NCBI GenBank assembly: GCA_964016885.1
Contig: OZ024740.1
Coordinates: forward strand, 371,070,001 to 371,134,000
Source of the DNA: Eledone cirrhosa
Lineage: Eukaryota
Direction: 5' to 3'
Length of the DNA: 64,000 nucleotides
The notes beneath the pieces are model-generated. The model was not told the DNA's origin, made no database searches, and saw only the letters and a program-made list of their open reading frames with translations. Of the stretch, positions 51,975 to 64,000 are shown piece after piece (position 1 is the first letter of the stretch; each line of letters begins with the position of its first letter). The position numbers were made by a program, and so were the translations under genes.

Positions 51975-52720
51975 GACGTCTTCTTCTCTGCCAACCCAGT
52001 TGTAATCCCAACGCGTCTCTGGCACATCCATAATTTACATTGTGTACACAGTATACCATTCCAACTTAATCCCTTTCTGTATATCTGGTATGGCTACTTC
52101 CCAGATGGTAATAGAGTCAGGTCTTCTTTCCAGCTAACTGAAACTATTACTTTTCTAGGTTTACCATAAGAGCTATGCTTTGCTTATACATTTGCAATTT
52201 TTTCTTTAATTCTTCAAACAGATTCAGCTATGAGAACTAGGTCATCAGCATAAAGAAATTTACACAAACAGTTTTAAATTCCTTTTATATAACCAAGAGA
52301 ACTATAATAAACAAGATTGGGACTGATAACTGAACCCTGATGAATGCCTACCTGCTTGCTAAATGTCTTACTTTATCTCTTTACACTACATGCACAGCTC
52401 CCATAAGCCATCATCTACACTTTAATGATGGCCAGACTACTGAGTGTGGTACTCTGTCAAAATCTTTTTTCAGGTCAATGAATGCAAAGAACTACTGCAT
52501 CACTGGAAAGAGAACATCAATGTTACCCTATCTGCATCTCATCTGAGTTAATTTTCTTTCTATTTATATGTGCTATTCTCTTTGTTACTTTTATAACTTG
52601 GTCCATCAATTTGATGCCTCTAAACTTACTTCTATCAAAAGCATCTCTTTTTGCTCTTGTAGCAGTTGATGATGCTATGCCAGTGATTGCAAATTACTTC
52701 TTTCTGTGTACTACATGATT
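51975..52720 (-). mobile_element. Old PHD-RTE LINE fragment (RT core plus decayed PHD)
   Basis: Minus strand gives FIDLKKDFDRVP, QGSVISPNLVY, FLYADDLVLIAES and LCTQCKLWM, with stops and frameshifts. Confidence 0.8.
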
Positions 52721-52930
52721 AATTATGCAAGTAACTCATATTTTACTTCCTAGGACATTTTCAGAATCTCAGCAACTACCACCAACGGCCTGCTATTTTC
52801 TCTGCCAAAGAATTAAAGATATAAATATCTTTAATTCTTTTGACAGTAATCTGATCAAAACCAACTCTGGTACTGTAAAACAAAACCACTAATTTTAAAG
52901 GGTTCTTATTTGAATTAAAATCTTCCAACA

Positions 52931-53837
52931 TCTATATATCTAAAACAGAGAATGTCTGTCTGCCTGTCTCCCTAAAACTCGAGAACCACCCAACCGATTT
53001 TTTTAAAACTTTACACATGTAATACTTATGGTCGTGTGAGTATTTTGAGCAAAAAATATTTCAAATTTTCAATACCCTAGGGACCGCATTAGGCGCCAGT
53101 TAGCGATCTCTCTCTTTCTTAGTCTGTCCTTTTAGATAGATACATAACTATAACGTCGCGCGCTTATAATATCTGTGTCTGCATTACGACATTATGAAAA
53201 CGTCTTCACGAACCAAAGTATCGTCTTCCTGTTTTCCTTCAGTTGCAACGTTTTTCGAAATATTTACTTCTGAGTTCACAGATTGACTTTAGTTCCAGAA
53301 GATCCCGTTAGGGTGAAAGCAGTGATTCTTTGCTTAAACTTTAATCTGTTATTTTAATATATATATATATATATACATAATTATATATTCGTGTACAGAT
53401 ATTTTTGCATACACAAAAACAAATATAAACAAACGTATTTATTTCACGAAAGCACAGACGGCTTATCGTCATTGTTACTGCCGATATGCCACCCAAAAAG
53501 TCCCACTACTTTTGGCACAAGGGCAGCAATTACATAGTCAACAGTTCGGAAATCACATGCATCACTGACGAGTTTACACCTTACTCTACCAGTTAGTCTT
53601 AGTGTACTTCATCCTGCTTTTAGGTCATGCCTCAAAGGAAGAGATATTCCATTGGCCGAAATACTGCGAAAGTGGCAAAAAAAAGAACAGGGCAGGCAAA
53701 TGAATCGTCAGTGGAATCTGCTATTCGACGGTCGCAAGGCCGAGGTATTCCGTACTTCTCTGTACTGTTTCAGAAAGGAGAGATAAACATGCCAATCTAT
53801 GTTTAGAATCCCGAGCAACGGCGAGCCATTCTGCTAA
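52931..53837 (+). mobile_element. Non-autonomous Helitron (907 bp)
   Basis: 5' TCTATATAT...ctgtctg start, 3' subterminal ccgagcaacggcgag and CTAA (CTRR) end. Inserted between A and T with no TSD; the empty site aaca|taattttata is seen in a sister MITE copy near 11960. Confidence 0.88.
53627..53806 (+). pseudogene. Remnant 5' end of the Helitron RepHel ORF (59 codons)
   Basis: MPQRKRYSIGRNTAKVAKKRTGQANESSVESAIRRSQ resembles the basic N-terminus of animal Helitron RepHel proteins. Preceded by the acceptor-like cttcatcctgcttttag. Confidence 0.55.
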
Positions 53838-55027
53838 TAATTTTATATATGAACCATATGTTAAGTTACTATCTTAGTAATGAAATAACTTTAGTAAATC
53901 TCTCGAAATTCTTCATTAATTAATTGAAATAAAGTGTTTCATTGGAAATACAGTGATGAAAGAGTTAATGGTCTTTTTCACTTGGGGTAAACCCTCTCTC
54001 TCTGAAGCAAGCACTATCTTCATTCAGTAACCTCATTTTCATGCCCCTTTCTTCTCCGTATCAATGAGGGCAAGTGTGTCACTAGCATTACATACATACT
54101 TCTCACCAATGATGTCACACAGCAGTTGCTAATTTTCATTCTCACACATATGCAAATTTAGAATTCTTGTATTAAGTTTGAAATTTTATTACCTGAATGT
54201 TATATGAATGTCAGTTCATATTAAAGAGAAACCAGCTTACATTATATAATATGTGATGTTTTAATTAAATTTATTAATTCACAAAAAGAACTTTAACAAA
54301 GAATCCACATAATTTCAATACTTATGAAGAAATTTCAAGTGAACCCCCCCCCCCCCCCAAAAAAAAAACCCTTAAAAAATAGAAACCCTTTATTTCCTGT
54401 AAAAGAAAATTGTGATCAAGTACAGTCTGTGCTTTACTAAATGGATCTAATGAGATCAAAATTTATTTTGATTTGTCTCCAGTAAAAACTCATTGCCTCA
54501 AAATATCTTAAAACCAACTTAACTGTTTTTCATACAGATAACATCCCAAGTGATTCTTCTAAATATTTTATTCTTTAATTTTAAGACCAAAATTATAAGC
54601 CAGTGATTGGGGGTACTGAGAAACTCAAAAGGGGCACCAAAAGACAAGAGGAGTAGAGAGCTAGTGGGGAGACAAAAGGGGGGGGGGGCAGAATTAAAAA
54701 AAAATGAATTGTCACCTTCAATAAATGCTTTAATATGTTTTTAAAATAATTTTCAGTGTAAAATTTTTATCCACTTTATAGAGGGGAGGGAACAGACTGA
54801 TAAAATATATTCATATATTCTCTAAAAACAGAGTGGCACTCCCCAAAAAGTTTGGAAAAATCTGTTCTAAAACATCTCTTCCGCTAAATGCTTCTAATGT
54901 TTTTCTTAGAAAATAAACTACCTCATATGCATTACCTTTAGTTTCAGGAATTCATTCATGTCAATGTTTAATTTGTCATCACATTCATTTCTTTCCTTAT
55001 ACAAAAGAAGATTATACATTACTGCCT

Positions 55028-55147
55028 ATATATGTTTAACAGTGCAAAGCAAGTAGTTTTCCAACTATAAGGCTGTGTTTAACATTCAGAAAATTCTTCT
55101 TTTGTACTGATATAAGTATACAAATTCAAATCATTCACAGACTGCTT

Positions 55148-55245
<98 letters not shown>

Positions 55246-55757
55246 TATATAAAAACACAGTCATTTAAGATCCGTTCTTCCATATACACATCATCATATA
55301 TATCATAATTTTTACATCCGCTTTTCCCTGCTTGCAAGGGTGGGACGGGAACTGATTCTGGCTTGATTTCTACAGCTGGATGCCCTTCCTAATACCAACC
55401 TCATTTACAGCGAGTGCTGGGTGCTTTTTTTCTGTGGCGCCTCCACGTCCACTTTACAGTGGAATGATAGGGACCCCAGTCCCTATCATCTCATTTCTAC
55501 AGCTGAGTAAACTGGAACAATGTGAAATAAAGTGTCTTGCTCAAGGAAACAACACATCACTCGGTCTGAGAATTGAACTCACAACCTTTCGATTGCAAGC
55601 CCAATGCTCTAACCACTAAGCCATGTGCCTCCATATATATACATACACACAACCCATGCAAGCACGGAAAATAGACATTAAATGGTGGTGATTTTATATA
55701 TATATATATATATAAAATCACCACCATTTAATGTCTATTTTCCGTGCTTGCATGGGT

Positions 55758-55822
<65 letters not shown>

Positions 55823-56084
55823 ATATGGAAGAACGGATCTTAAATGACGACTGTGTTTATATATATGCACACACTCATATATGTATGTGTGTGTGAAGCA
55901 GTCTGTGAATGATTTGAATTTGTATACTTATATCAGTACAAAAGAAGAATTTTCTGAATGTTAAACACAGCCTTATAGTTGGAAAACTCAATTCACATGT
56001 AGAGTGCACTGTGCAGGCTTCCTTGAGAAGATGAATGTCTCAGTCTTTGCAGCATTGATTTTCATTGCACTGTTAAACATATAT
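55028..56084. repeat. Complex inverted duplication with a central perfect palindrome
   Basis: 55055-55290 is inverted at 55818-55988 and 55028-55047 is inverted at 56065-56084. A perfect 120-bp palindrome lies at 55645-55764. Confidence 0.93.
55488..55631 (-). mobile_element. tRNA-derived SINE head (second family)
   Basis: Minus strand reads gaggcacatggcttagtggttagagcattgggcttgcaatcgaaaggttgtgagttcaattctc (A and B boxes), then tgttgtttccttgagcaagacactttatttcac. Related copy near 29820-29955. Confidence 0.85.
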
Positions 56085-56479
56085 GTATATATTATATATA
56101 TACATATACATACAAATATCTTTACTATATTAACTAGTAGCTTAAGAACATAAAATTCATTAAAATAAAATTGTGAAATCATTAACCATGAAATTAGATA
56201 TTCTTTTATGCTGGCATATATTCAAGCATACATAAAGCTATGAAGCAAGTGGTCTTGCGGAAAATATATATTCATACTATTTTTCCTATACTCAACACAA
56301 TGTTGCTTTCCATTTTTAATATTTACTTTTTTTCCTTCTCAAAGCATCTTATTAACCCTTTTGTTACCATATTTCTTATGAAAGACACTGTTTATGAGTT
56401 TCAAATAATTTTGAAAATAACCAAGAATTTGGAGGAATTTAGTAATATAACTAACTTTCCTTCTCGTTATTTTCATGAA

Positions 56480-56965
56480 CAGGATTGACATGTGCAGCCG
56501 GTTTGAAAGTGGTATCACGACTGGTAAGTGTAGAATCAGTCGGCTGGAATTTGCAGACGACATGGTATTATTTAACTCGACAGAAGGTGATCTACAACTT
56601 TCACTTGATAGGTTTATGCCAAGTGTTGCATGGCTGGAATGAAAATCAATGCTGCAAAGACTGAGACGTTCATCTTCTCAATGAAGCCTGCACAGTGCAC
56701 TCTACATGTGAATTGAGTTCCACTGAAGCTGGTGGAGAAATTCAAGTATCTCGGGGTCGTATTTATGAGTGATGGAAAGCAAGAGGCAGAATTAAATGCA
56801 AGAATTACAAAAGCTGGTGCAGTAATGTGCCAGCTTCAGCATTCAGTAATCAGAAGGAAGGTAGGTGTAAAAGCCAAACTTGCTATCTTCAATTCGGTAT
56901 TCTTGTCAAACCTTACCTATGGTCAGAAATCTTTGGCAATGACCGAAAGAATCTGATCGCGAATA
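56480..56965 (+). mobile_element. RTE family B fragment
   Basis: FADDMVL, MKINAAKTE, EKFKYLGV and LTYGQKS; aligns with 8500-8970. Confidence 0.9.
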
Positions 56966-59900
56966 CGTACATATATTTACGGCTTAATTGGATGTGCATA
57001 TACAATCGTCAAAAAAACAATGACGGCAATGATATTCACAGCCAATCAAGTGAAATAGTTACTACTTGGAAACATTTTATATAATATTCCTAAAAGAAAT
57101 CAGCCTAGTAAAGTCCATCCCTGTAATGATTTAGCAGAAAATATATTTAAATGGGTTCGTTAATTCAAATGGTTATAGTAAATATCTAAAAACAAGTTTG
57201 TTTGCTAATTTAAGTGTTCATGGTATCTTTACTAGTGGTCAAAATCATTGTGAAAATATGCATTATTAGAGTAATGACTTTAATTTTTAATGTGATGCTG
57301 TCAGAGCATTTTATACTTTTCATGAATGTCTTGCTAGTGCAATTTCATATGATACAGGGTGTTAAGGGTTAAGCAAAACTCATAAAACTTTACACAAACT
57401 GGCCATAGAATCAAAGCAATGCTATTGGTGGGTTATAAACTGTAGAACTTTTGTTCAGCCATCTGACATCTATCAATCTATCAATTAGGCTAGTTATGGC
57501 TAAGTTTCTACATAGTTGATAGGAACCTCTGTGTGATTATTTGACCTGCTAAAAAGAGAACAAAATACCCCCTCAAATCAAGCCCTACTCTCTTAGAAAA
57601 TGACAGAGATCTTTGGTGACTATAGATCTAGATCTGTGCCAAGGAAACAGAAAGGACAGTCACAGCTGGAATGTCTTTCATTGGGGCTGACCAAAGGTTA
57701 AACAACTATGTTACACATCAGAAGTAGAGGTCAGTGACATAATGGACAACAGCATTAGTTTAGATATGTAAATAAGAATATCCAGTGTCAAATGTGAAAA
57801 AAAAACCCCCAAAAACCCAGAAATAGACATGTATTAAGTTGACTGGAATCATAAGGTATATTAAAAAAATGTTTTGGGAGATTCCATTGTTTGTTAAAAT
57901 GTAAATATTATCCTAAAAATTAAAAAAAATTACTATTTTTTAGGATAGCATATATAAAAAAATATAAAACTGTTTATAAAAATCAATGCAAACTGATATC
58001 AAAGCATACAAAACTTATAATGATTATGATAGACTGGCTGGCTAACTGGAAACACATCTGAAAACATTTCCATTGAGCAGGTAATGGAATAAGTATTTTC
58101 AAAAAGAAAATATGGAAAACAAAGAGCAACTCTTAATGACTGAGTTCAAGTGAAAAATTGAACATATCACTCTTTAGATTCAATATATTGACTTATCTCA
58201 ATGAGGTACAGGACCCAGAATGTATATAGAGGCGTGATGCAACAACCTACTTGGGTTTGCCAAGGATAGAAAAGCAGATCTTAGACTCCACACACTGGGA
58301 TATTAATTTACATCTCACTGTTTGGGTCTCACCAATTTAATTATTTTGCTCTTCTGCAGAAGAGGGGAATTATTTACAACATAGAGACAAAAACAGAACC
58401 GGCTCTGGTAGGATTTTAACTAGAAAATAGTGAGATACCAAACTAGTAAATATTCAGATTACATTTTTATCAGGGACACCAAACATCAAATAAAATCAAC
58501 CATTATATTCATCAACAAACATATTACACACACAAGAGGAATCGAAACTCTTCTACAATACTCTCAGTCAACACAGAATCATGTATTGATGAAAGGGAAA
58601 CAACATATGTACACTAACAGGCACAACTTTTGGCCAAGAAGTAAAAAGGGTACAAATAAATATGGCAATCTTGCTTGAATCCCTAATCTTTCCACAACAA
58701 ACTAAAACAAAACAATACAGCATCATCACAGGTTGCATATAGACAACTCACAAAGATCACATATACAACAAAACATAAAAAATCATCTGAACAAGCAAGA
58801 GACAGTTTGTTGTGCAACAAGCTTCAACACGCACAGTTCTTGCCACTACATGCACAATCACTCCAAAACAGACAGATGCACAATACCTTAAAATCACTGT
58901 CCTTCCAATTCAATCTAGACAAATATATTGTTGGCCAAAAGTAGTACCTCTGAGTGCTATAAATAAGTTCATGTATTGTTTTCCTTTCTTTATACTATCA
59001 TCTGTAGATGCTAAGATAGCAGTAGTATCAATAACCTCATTGGCTCAAAATGTTGTGCTGGGATACACATGACCAATAAGAAGTGCAGAAGAACAGCAAT
59101 TGTCATGGCCTGACCGGTCTGACCAAGTCTTCTTTGCCCACTACCAGAACCTACAGGTGTATAAACTGGATAGTAGAAAAAGTACATATCCAGACTGCAA
59201 CACTGCACGCCATACACTTAACTACTGCAACAGAATATTTAATATGGTTCTCAGCTAGACAGAGGCTTGGTATATCTGAAGCAATATGTGGATCACACCT
59301 ATTTGTTCAACTAACTATACATCAACATAAAGCATGCAAACCAGCGTGATACTGTCTTAGCTACATCTACTGTCTTTTCTAAATTTAACATATCTAGAAA
59401 TCAATTCATTAGTTTTGTTGCAAAGTTTTGTGAAAAATCCCATAAAGAAGCAAAAAGCTGCCAGAAAATCAACTCAATAATCCAATTAAATTTCTGGCTG
59501 TAGCAATTTCTCGTTACAGCTAACTATTACTTAATAATAAAGTTTTAAAAAAACAAAGTCATGACATAACTGTTTATTTCTATTCCTCCTTAAATCTAAA
59601 GCAAATATTGCTTATATAGGCATAACACTCAAGATTTATCATCATTAGCAATTTTCTGTACAGACACACATTAGCTGTCTGTTAATTTATATCAAACAAT
59701 TTTGACCAACTCTTGTTAAGGAGATTACAGAAATACTTATGGCCAGTTCACTGATTAAAACCACACAAAATATGGTGTCATTTTGTGTCAGCTAATGTAA
59801 TATACTACTAATTCTAATTTTATTAACATTAGAGAGATGAAAAGGGGAAAGTAAGCTACTAATAAATCAAACATTAGTGCCATATGCATAATTTATTTAA

Positions 59901-62617
59901 CAGACCCACCATTTAACTTGCATCATTTCTATTGTATACTGCCTGATAAATCGGGTTTTATTAAACTGCTGGGAATACTCCAATCTCAGATATAATACAT
60001 CTTGATAATTCTCTAACTGAATTCTTGCTCTACCAGCCAAGATGCTTATTCATTTAGTGAGTAGTCATTGTACTGTGGCAATACTGAGACACTGCCTTCA
60101 AAGGTTTTAGTCAATTACATTGTCCTCAGTATATTATCTGGAACTGTTTTATCAACTTTGATAGAGAGTGAAAGGCAATGACAACTGAGTGTAAAGGAAG
60201 GCAATGGTTTGGCACCCCAATTTTTTACCTTTCCATGCTGATATATACACATAACACAGGCAGTGCCGTAAGATCAAGAAATTTACTTTGCAATCATAAG
60301 GTCCTGAGGTCAAATCCATTATAGACAAGTATTTTTAACCACAGCCTCGGGTCAACTCAAGTCTTGTGCATAAAATTGGGTAGATGTAAACTGTGTAGAA
60401 GTCCAGTGGGGGAGGATTGTATCAGTAATTCAAAAATCCAGCCTTGTCACATATTGTGTATATACTGTTTCACCCTAAGAATGAAGTTATGGCTAGATGT
60501 AACAGTGAAGTGCATAGCTACTTGCACATTAACAAGGAGGTAATCAAACAAATGAGTGCTCATTATTGAAACTGGAGGAAGAACCATCATACATATAAAC
60601 ACATACATATGTGTCTATGTATGTATTTATGTATCATTCATCTGTTTTTTTTCTGTATAGTCATGGGTTGGACAAGACACTTTTAGACAAAATACTATTT
60701 AAGCAAACTAAATTAAATTGCTACACAGTCAGTATTAATTCAAATCTTACTACAACCATTGTAACAGGCTTTTGCTTCAGTTAAGCCTAACTGTAAAAAA
60801 AAAAAAAATTTTTATTCCTGCTTTTCTTTATGGATGGTTAAATGGTTAGCAGTAAGGAGGGTATCCAGCTGTAAAAGCAATTACTCCACTAAAAAAACTT
60901 TTAAAAAGCAAACAAGAATGGAATGGAAACATGGAAGAAAAATACTGTAATTAAAAAAAAAATTAATTCTTTCATTGCCATATTTCTCATGAAATACACT
61001 AACTATGATTTCAAATGATTTTTTAAATAATCAAGAATTTGATACCAAACTGTCTGAAATTGCCCCTGGTTCTATGTTATATAACTGTATGTTTTAAAGT
61101 GCTTATATGTATTTTTTTTTAAATCTTTCACCAAAATTTTTTGTGAGAACCTTTGTTAAGTCATGTTCCAAACATCAGCTTAATAATGACAAAATTAGTT
61201 AATTTTTGATTATTTTCAAAATCACTTGAAAATTATAAGCATATTTCATTAGAAATATGGTACTGAAACTGATGTTCAGAGCATAACTTCAACATTTTTA
61301 CATAAAATTATGATGGAATGTTTTTAGATAAATATAAACACTTTAACTCTTAACATGCAGTACCACATAAAACTACATTAGCAAGACATTCTTGAAAAGT
61401 ATAAAACAACTCTATGGCTGCATCACATTAATAATTGAAGTCTAATACTGCCAATTTTCACAACAATCTGTCCACCCATAAACATACTTTAAACATTTGA
61501 ATTGACAAACCTGCTTTGAGATATTTTCTGCTAAATCATTTCAGGATGTTAAGAGTTAAAAAAAAAAAAATGCTTAGTATTATGGAACCAGGGCTGGTTT
61601 AGGCAGTTCATCCTGCATTGCTGATCATCCTCAGTTATCTCAAATAAATCAAATTTACTTTGTAAGAATAGATATATATCTTTACGAGATTAGCAAGCCA
61701 GCCAACGAGTTTCTAACACATGTATTCAGTTCTGTTTATGGTATAAACCTATTTCATACTATCTAGGTCACATTAAAGATCCTGTACATCTCTAACTCAA
61801 CATAGAGGTGGGTAATTTTACACACACCCACACACAGCTTGGGGAAAACGAAAATATTATGGCTATAATTTTCATCTAGTTTGTAAGAAATCTAAATAAA
61901 TAAAGAAGGGAAAGAAGGGAGAAAGAAAGAAAGAATTAGGACAAATTCAGAAGACATTTTTTTTTTTTCAGAGTGGTACACACAACTTTCAGATAATGCG
62001 AAGGCTGAAGGCAGAGTACTTTTATGAAAATACCACCTTTTCCATTTGAGTATTCAATTACCAATGACATCAGTAATACAAGAACATAAGTATGGAACTC
62101 CAGTTGTGTAATATCTTAGCTGAACATCAAGTTATTTTTCGGATATTTGGAAGAAGAGAAGAAAAAAAATGGAGCACTGTCAGTTTTTATGGGGATTGTT
62201 CAAGTCGTTCAATCAACAATACAGCCTGCTCATAAAATTAACATGTAAGTGGCTGAGCATTCCACAGACATGTGCCCTTAATGTAATTTTCAGCAAGATC
62301 CAGTGTGACACATGGTTCTTTGAATTACAAATACAGTCCATCCAATGAACTTCTAAACAGTTTCTGTTTACCCCATTTCACTGAGAAGGCTTGGGTCAAC
62401 CAAGGGCTATAGTAAAATACATTTTCTCAAGATCCCACACACTGGGATTGAATCTGGAATTTTATGATTGCAAAACAAACTTTTTAACCATTCAGCCATG
62501 AGTTCAGCTAATAAGAATACACATACAAATATTCTGTTCCAAAATGTTTTGTTCAACAGATTATTTACAATCCTAACTCCATCTTATATTAGAAATTTCC
62601 GATTCTTATCAATTGCC

Positions 62618-62772
62618 GTGTATATCCCAGTTTTTAGAATAGGTACATTATATCCCTGCATGTCATATTACCATGTGTATCCCAGTGTTTAAAATAGGCA
62701 CACTGTTTCATTGCATGTCATATAACTGTGTATCTTGCTTTGTCAGATAGATATAAATGTATCCATGCATGT
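62618..62772. repeat. Degenerate tandem repeat, ~55-bp unit, about 3 copies
   Basis: gtgtat(at)cccagt.ttta.aatagg.aca...tgcatgtcatat repeated. Confidence 0.7.
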
Positions 62773-63527
62773 TGTAAAAGACAACTAAAAGGATGGGCAT
62801 CTGGCTCTAAAACATTGTCTCAAAACATTCTGTCCAACTCATTCCAGCCGCAAAAAGTGAACATAAAAATGATGATGATGATGACCCTATTGAGGTAAAA
62901 TTTATCCAGTAGGTACCTATAAGTAAGTGCATCTTTTAGATGGGGTGACACTAAGTCACCATACTGTGACAACCTGAAACTAGACCCAATGATTTGGGAC
63001 CTATTAGCAGACTGGTTATAATCTTTTCAGGCTCTAAAATAAGAAATATATGAAAATGTCTATAGGTAGCTCAAGAGGTAATTCTTAACATCAGATTTAT
63101 GTCAGTAATTATTAGATTCTATTGAAATACACTATTATTTTAAAATAATTTTGAAAGAAAAAAAAAATCAATTTGTTCGGTTTTAGTAATTATCATTACT
63201 AAACTGAGCTTAACAAAATTTCTTACATAAAATTATGATGAGAGGTTTTTACATAAATATAAACACTTTAAAATATAGTTATATATCATAGAACCAGGGG
63301 CAGTTTGATATTATGAGGGTTAAGCTGAAAAGAGGAAAATTTTTTTAAGGCTAGTCTATCACAGGTACAGACCCTCACAAAGTTAATCAAGTCCTTCAAT
63401 GTCTGCTATTGACAGATAATGATGTCTCAGAAGATATGGTAGCTATCTCCAATGCTTATTTGATCTAAGACAATGGAAATGCAAACAAACAAAAAAACCT
63501 TTTCTGCCCATCCATTGGCATAATAAT

Positions 63528-63703
63528 TGTTTCTACTTTTGGCACAAGGCCAGCAATTACCCAGTGCATTACTGGTACTTTATTTTATCGACCCCGTAAG
63601 GATAAAATGCAAAGTTAACCTCGGCAGGATTTGAACTCAGAATGGCAAGGGCCGTAACTCTGTACGTCAAAGCATGGCGTCCGAGCCTCTACCGATACTG
63701 CCA
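63528..63703 (-). mobile_element. Young tRNA-derived SINE with 18-bp target-site duplication
   Basis: Reverse complement of the 16305 family, flanked by atccattggcataataat at 63510-63527 and 63704-63721. Confidence 0.9.
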
Positions 63704-64000
63704 ATCCATTGGCATAATAATGATAATGATTTCTAATGAAGTTAAGAGGCCAAACATTTGAGGGGAGGTGTTAGCCAACTAAACTGGCCCAGTATTTGCC
63801 TGGTACTTTATTTAATTAGCAGAATATCAAGTGAGAGTCAATAAGGAATCTATTTTCAAAACAACCAGCAACATGTAACAAGCCAGCCAAGCCCTTGTAT
63901 AATGCAGAGTTCAGCTAATTAACCCACCTGTTGCTTACCTTGAAATTACAAATTGAAAATTACATTTCATTAAAAACACTCAAGGAATTTCTTATGATAT

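Noticed and set aside
55079-55337. YI/IY-repeat ORFs (also at 4119, 15614, 18421, 21628)
   Set aside because: Translations of (TA)n and (CA)n microsatellites.
63933-63975. Minus-strand donor (aag/gtaagc) as possible ARL5 exon 1 end
   Set aside because: The required phase-1 frame has a stop (taa ttt caa g) and no MG start.

Overview
AT-rich eukaryotic genomic DNA, almost entirely non-coding and repeat-derived. The SINE/LINE families and (TA)n density resemble those of octopod cephalopods (inference, not proven). The only host coding sequence I can support is one 61-nt minus-strand exon (25140-25200) of an ARL5-type small GTPase ([21 protein letters not shown]) with canonical splice sites. I did not recognise its neighbouring exons, so the whole window is probably two very long ARL5 introns. 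These contain RTE-type LINE fragments of two families (one with a PHD finger inside the RT region), CRE-like and CR1/L2 LINE remnants, tRNA-derived SINEs, TTAA-flanked piggyBac-like MITEs, Tc1/pogo MITEs and a 907-bp non-autonomous Helitron that keeps the start of its RepHel ORF. The most unusual structure is a series of local fold-back inverted duplications (about 15.1, 19.6, 21.6, 43.5, 45.8 and 55-56.7 kb). Most sit at (TA)n tracts, and one shows a clear multi-step template-switch chain. There is also a small direct-repeat-flanked cassette carrying a tRNA-like cloverleaf (3313-3679). No prokaryotic genes, CRISPR arrays or rRNA were seen. Repeat boundaries were read by eye and are approximate.
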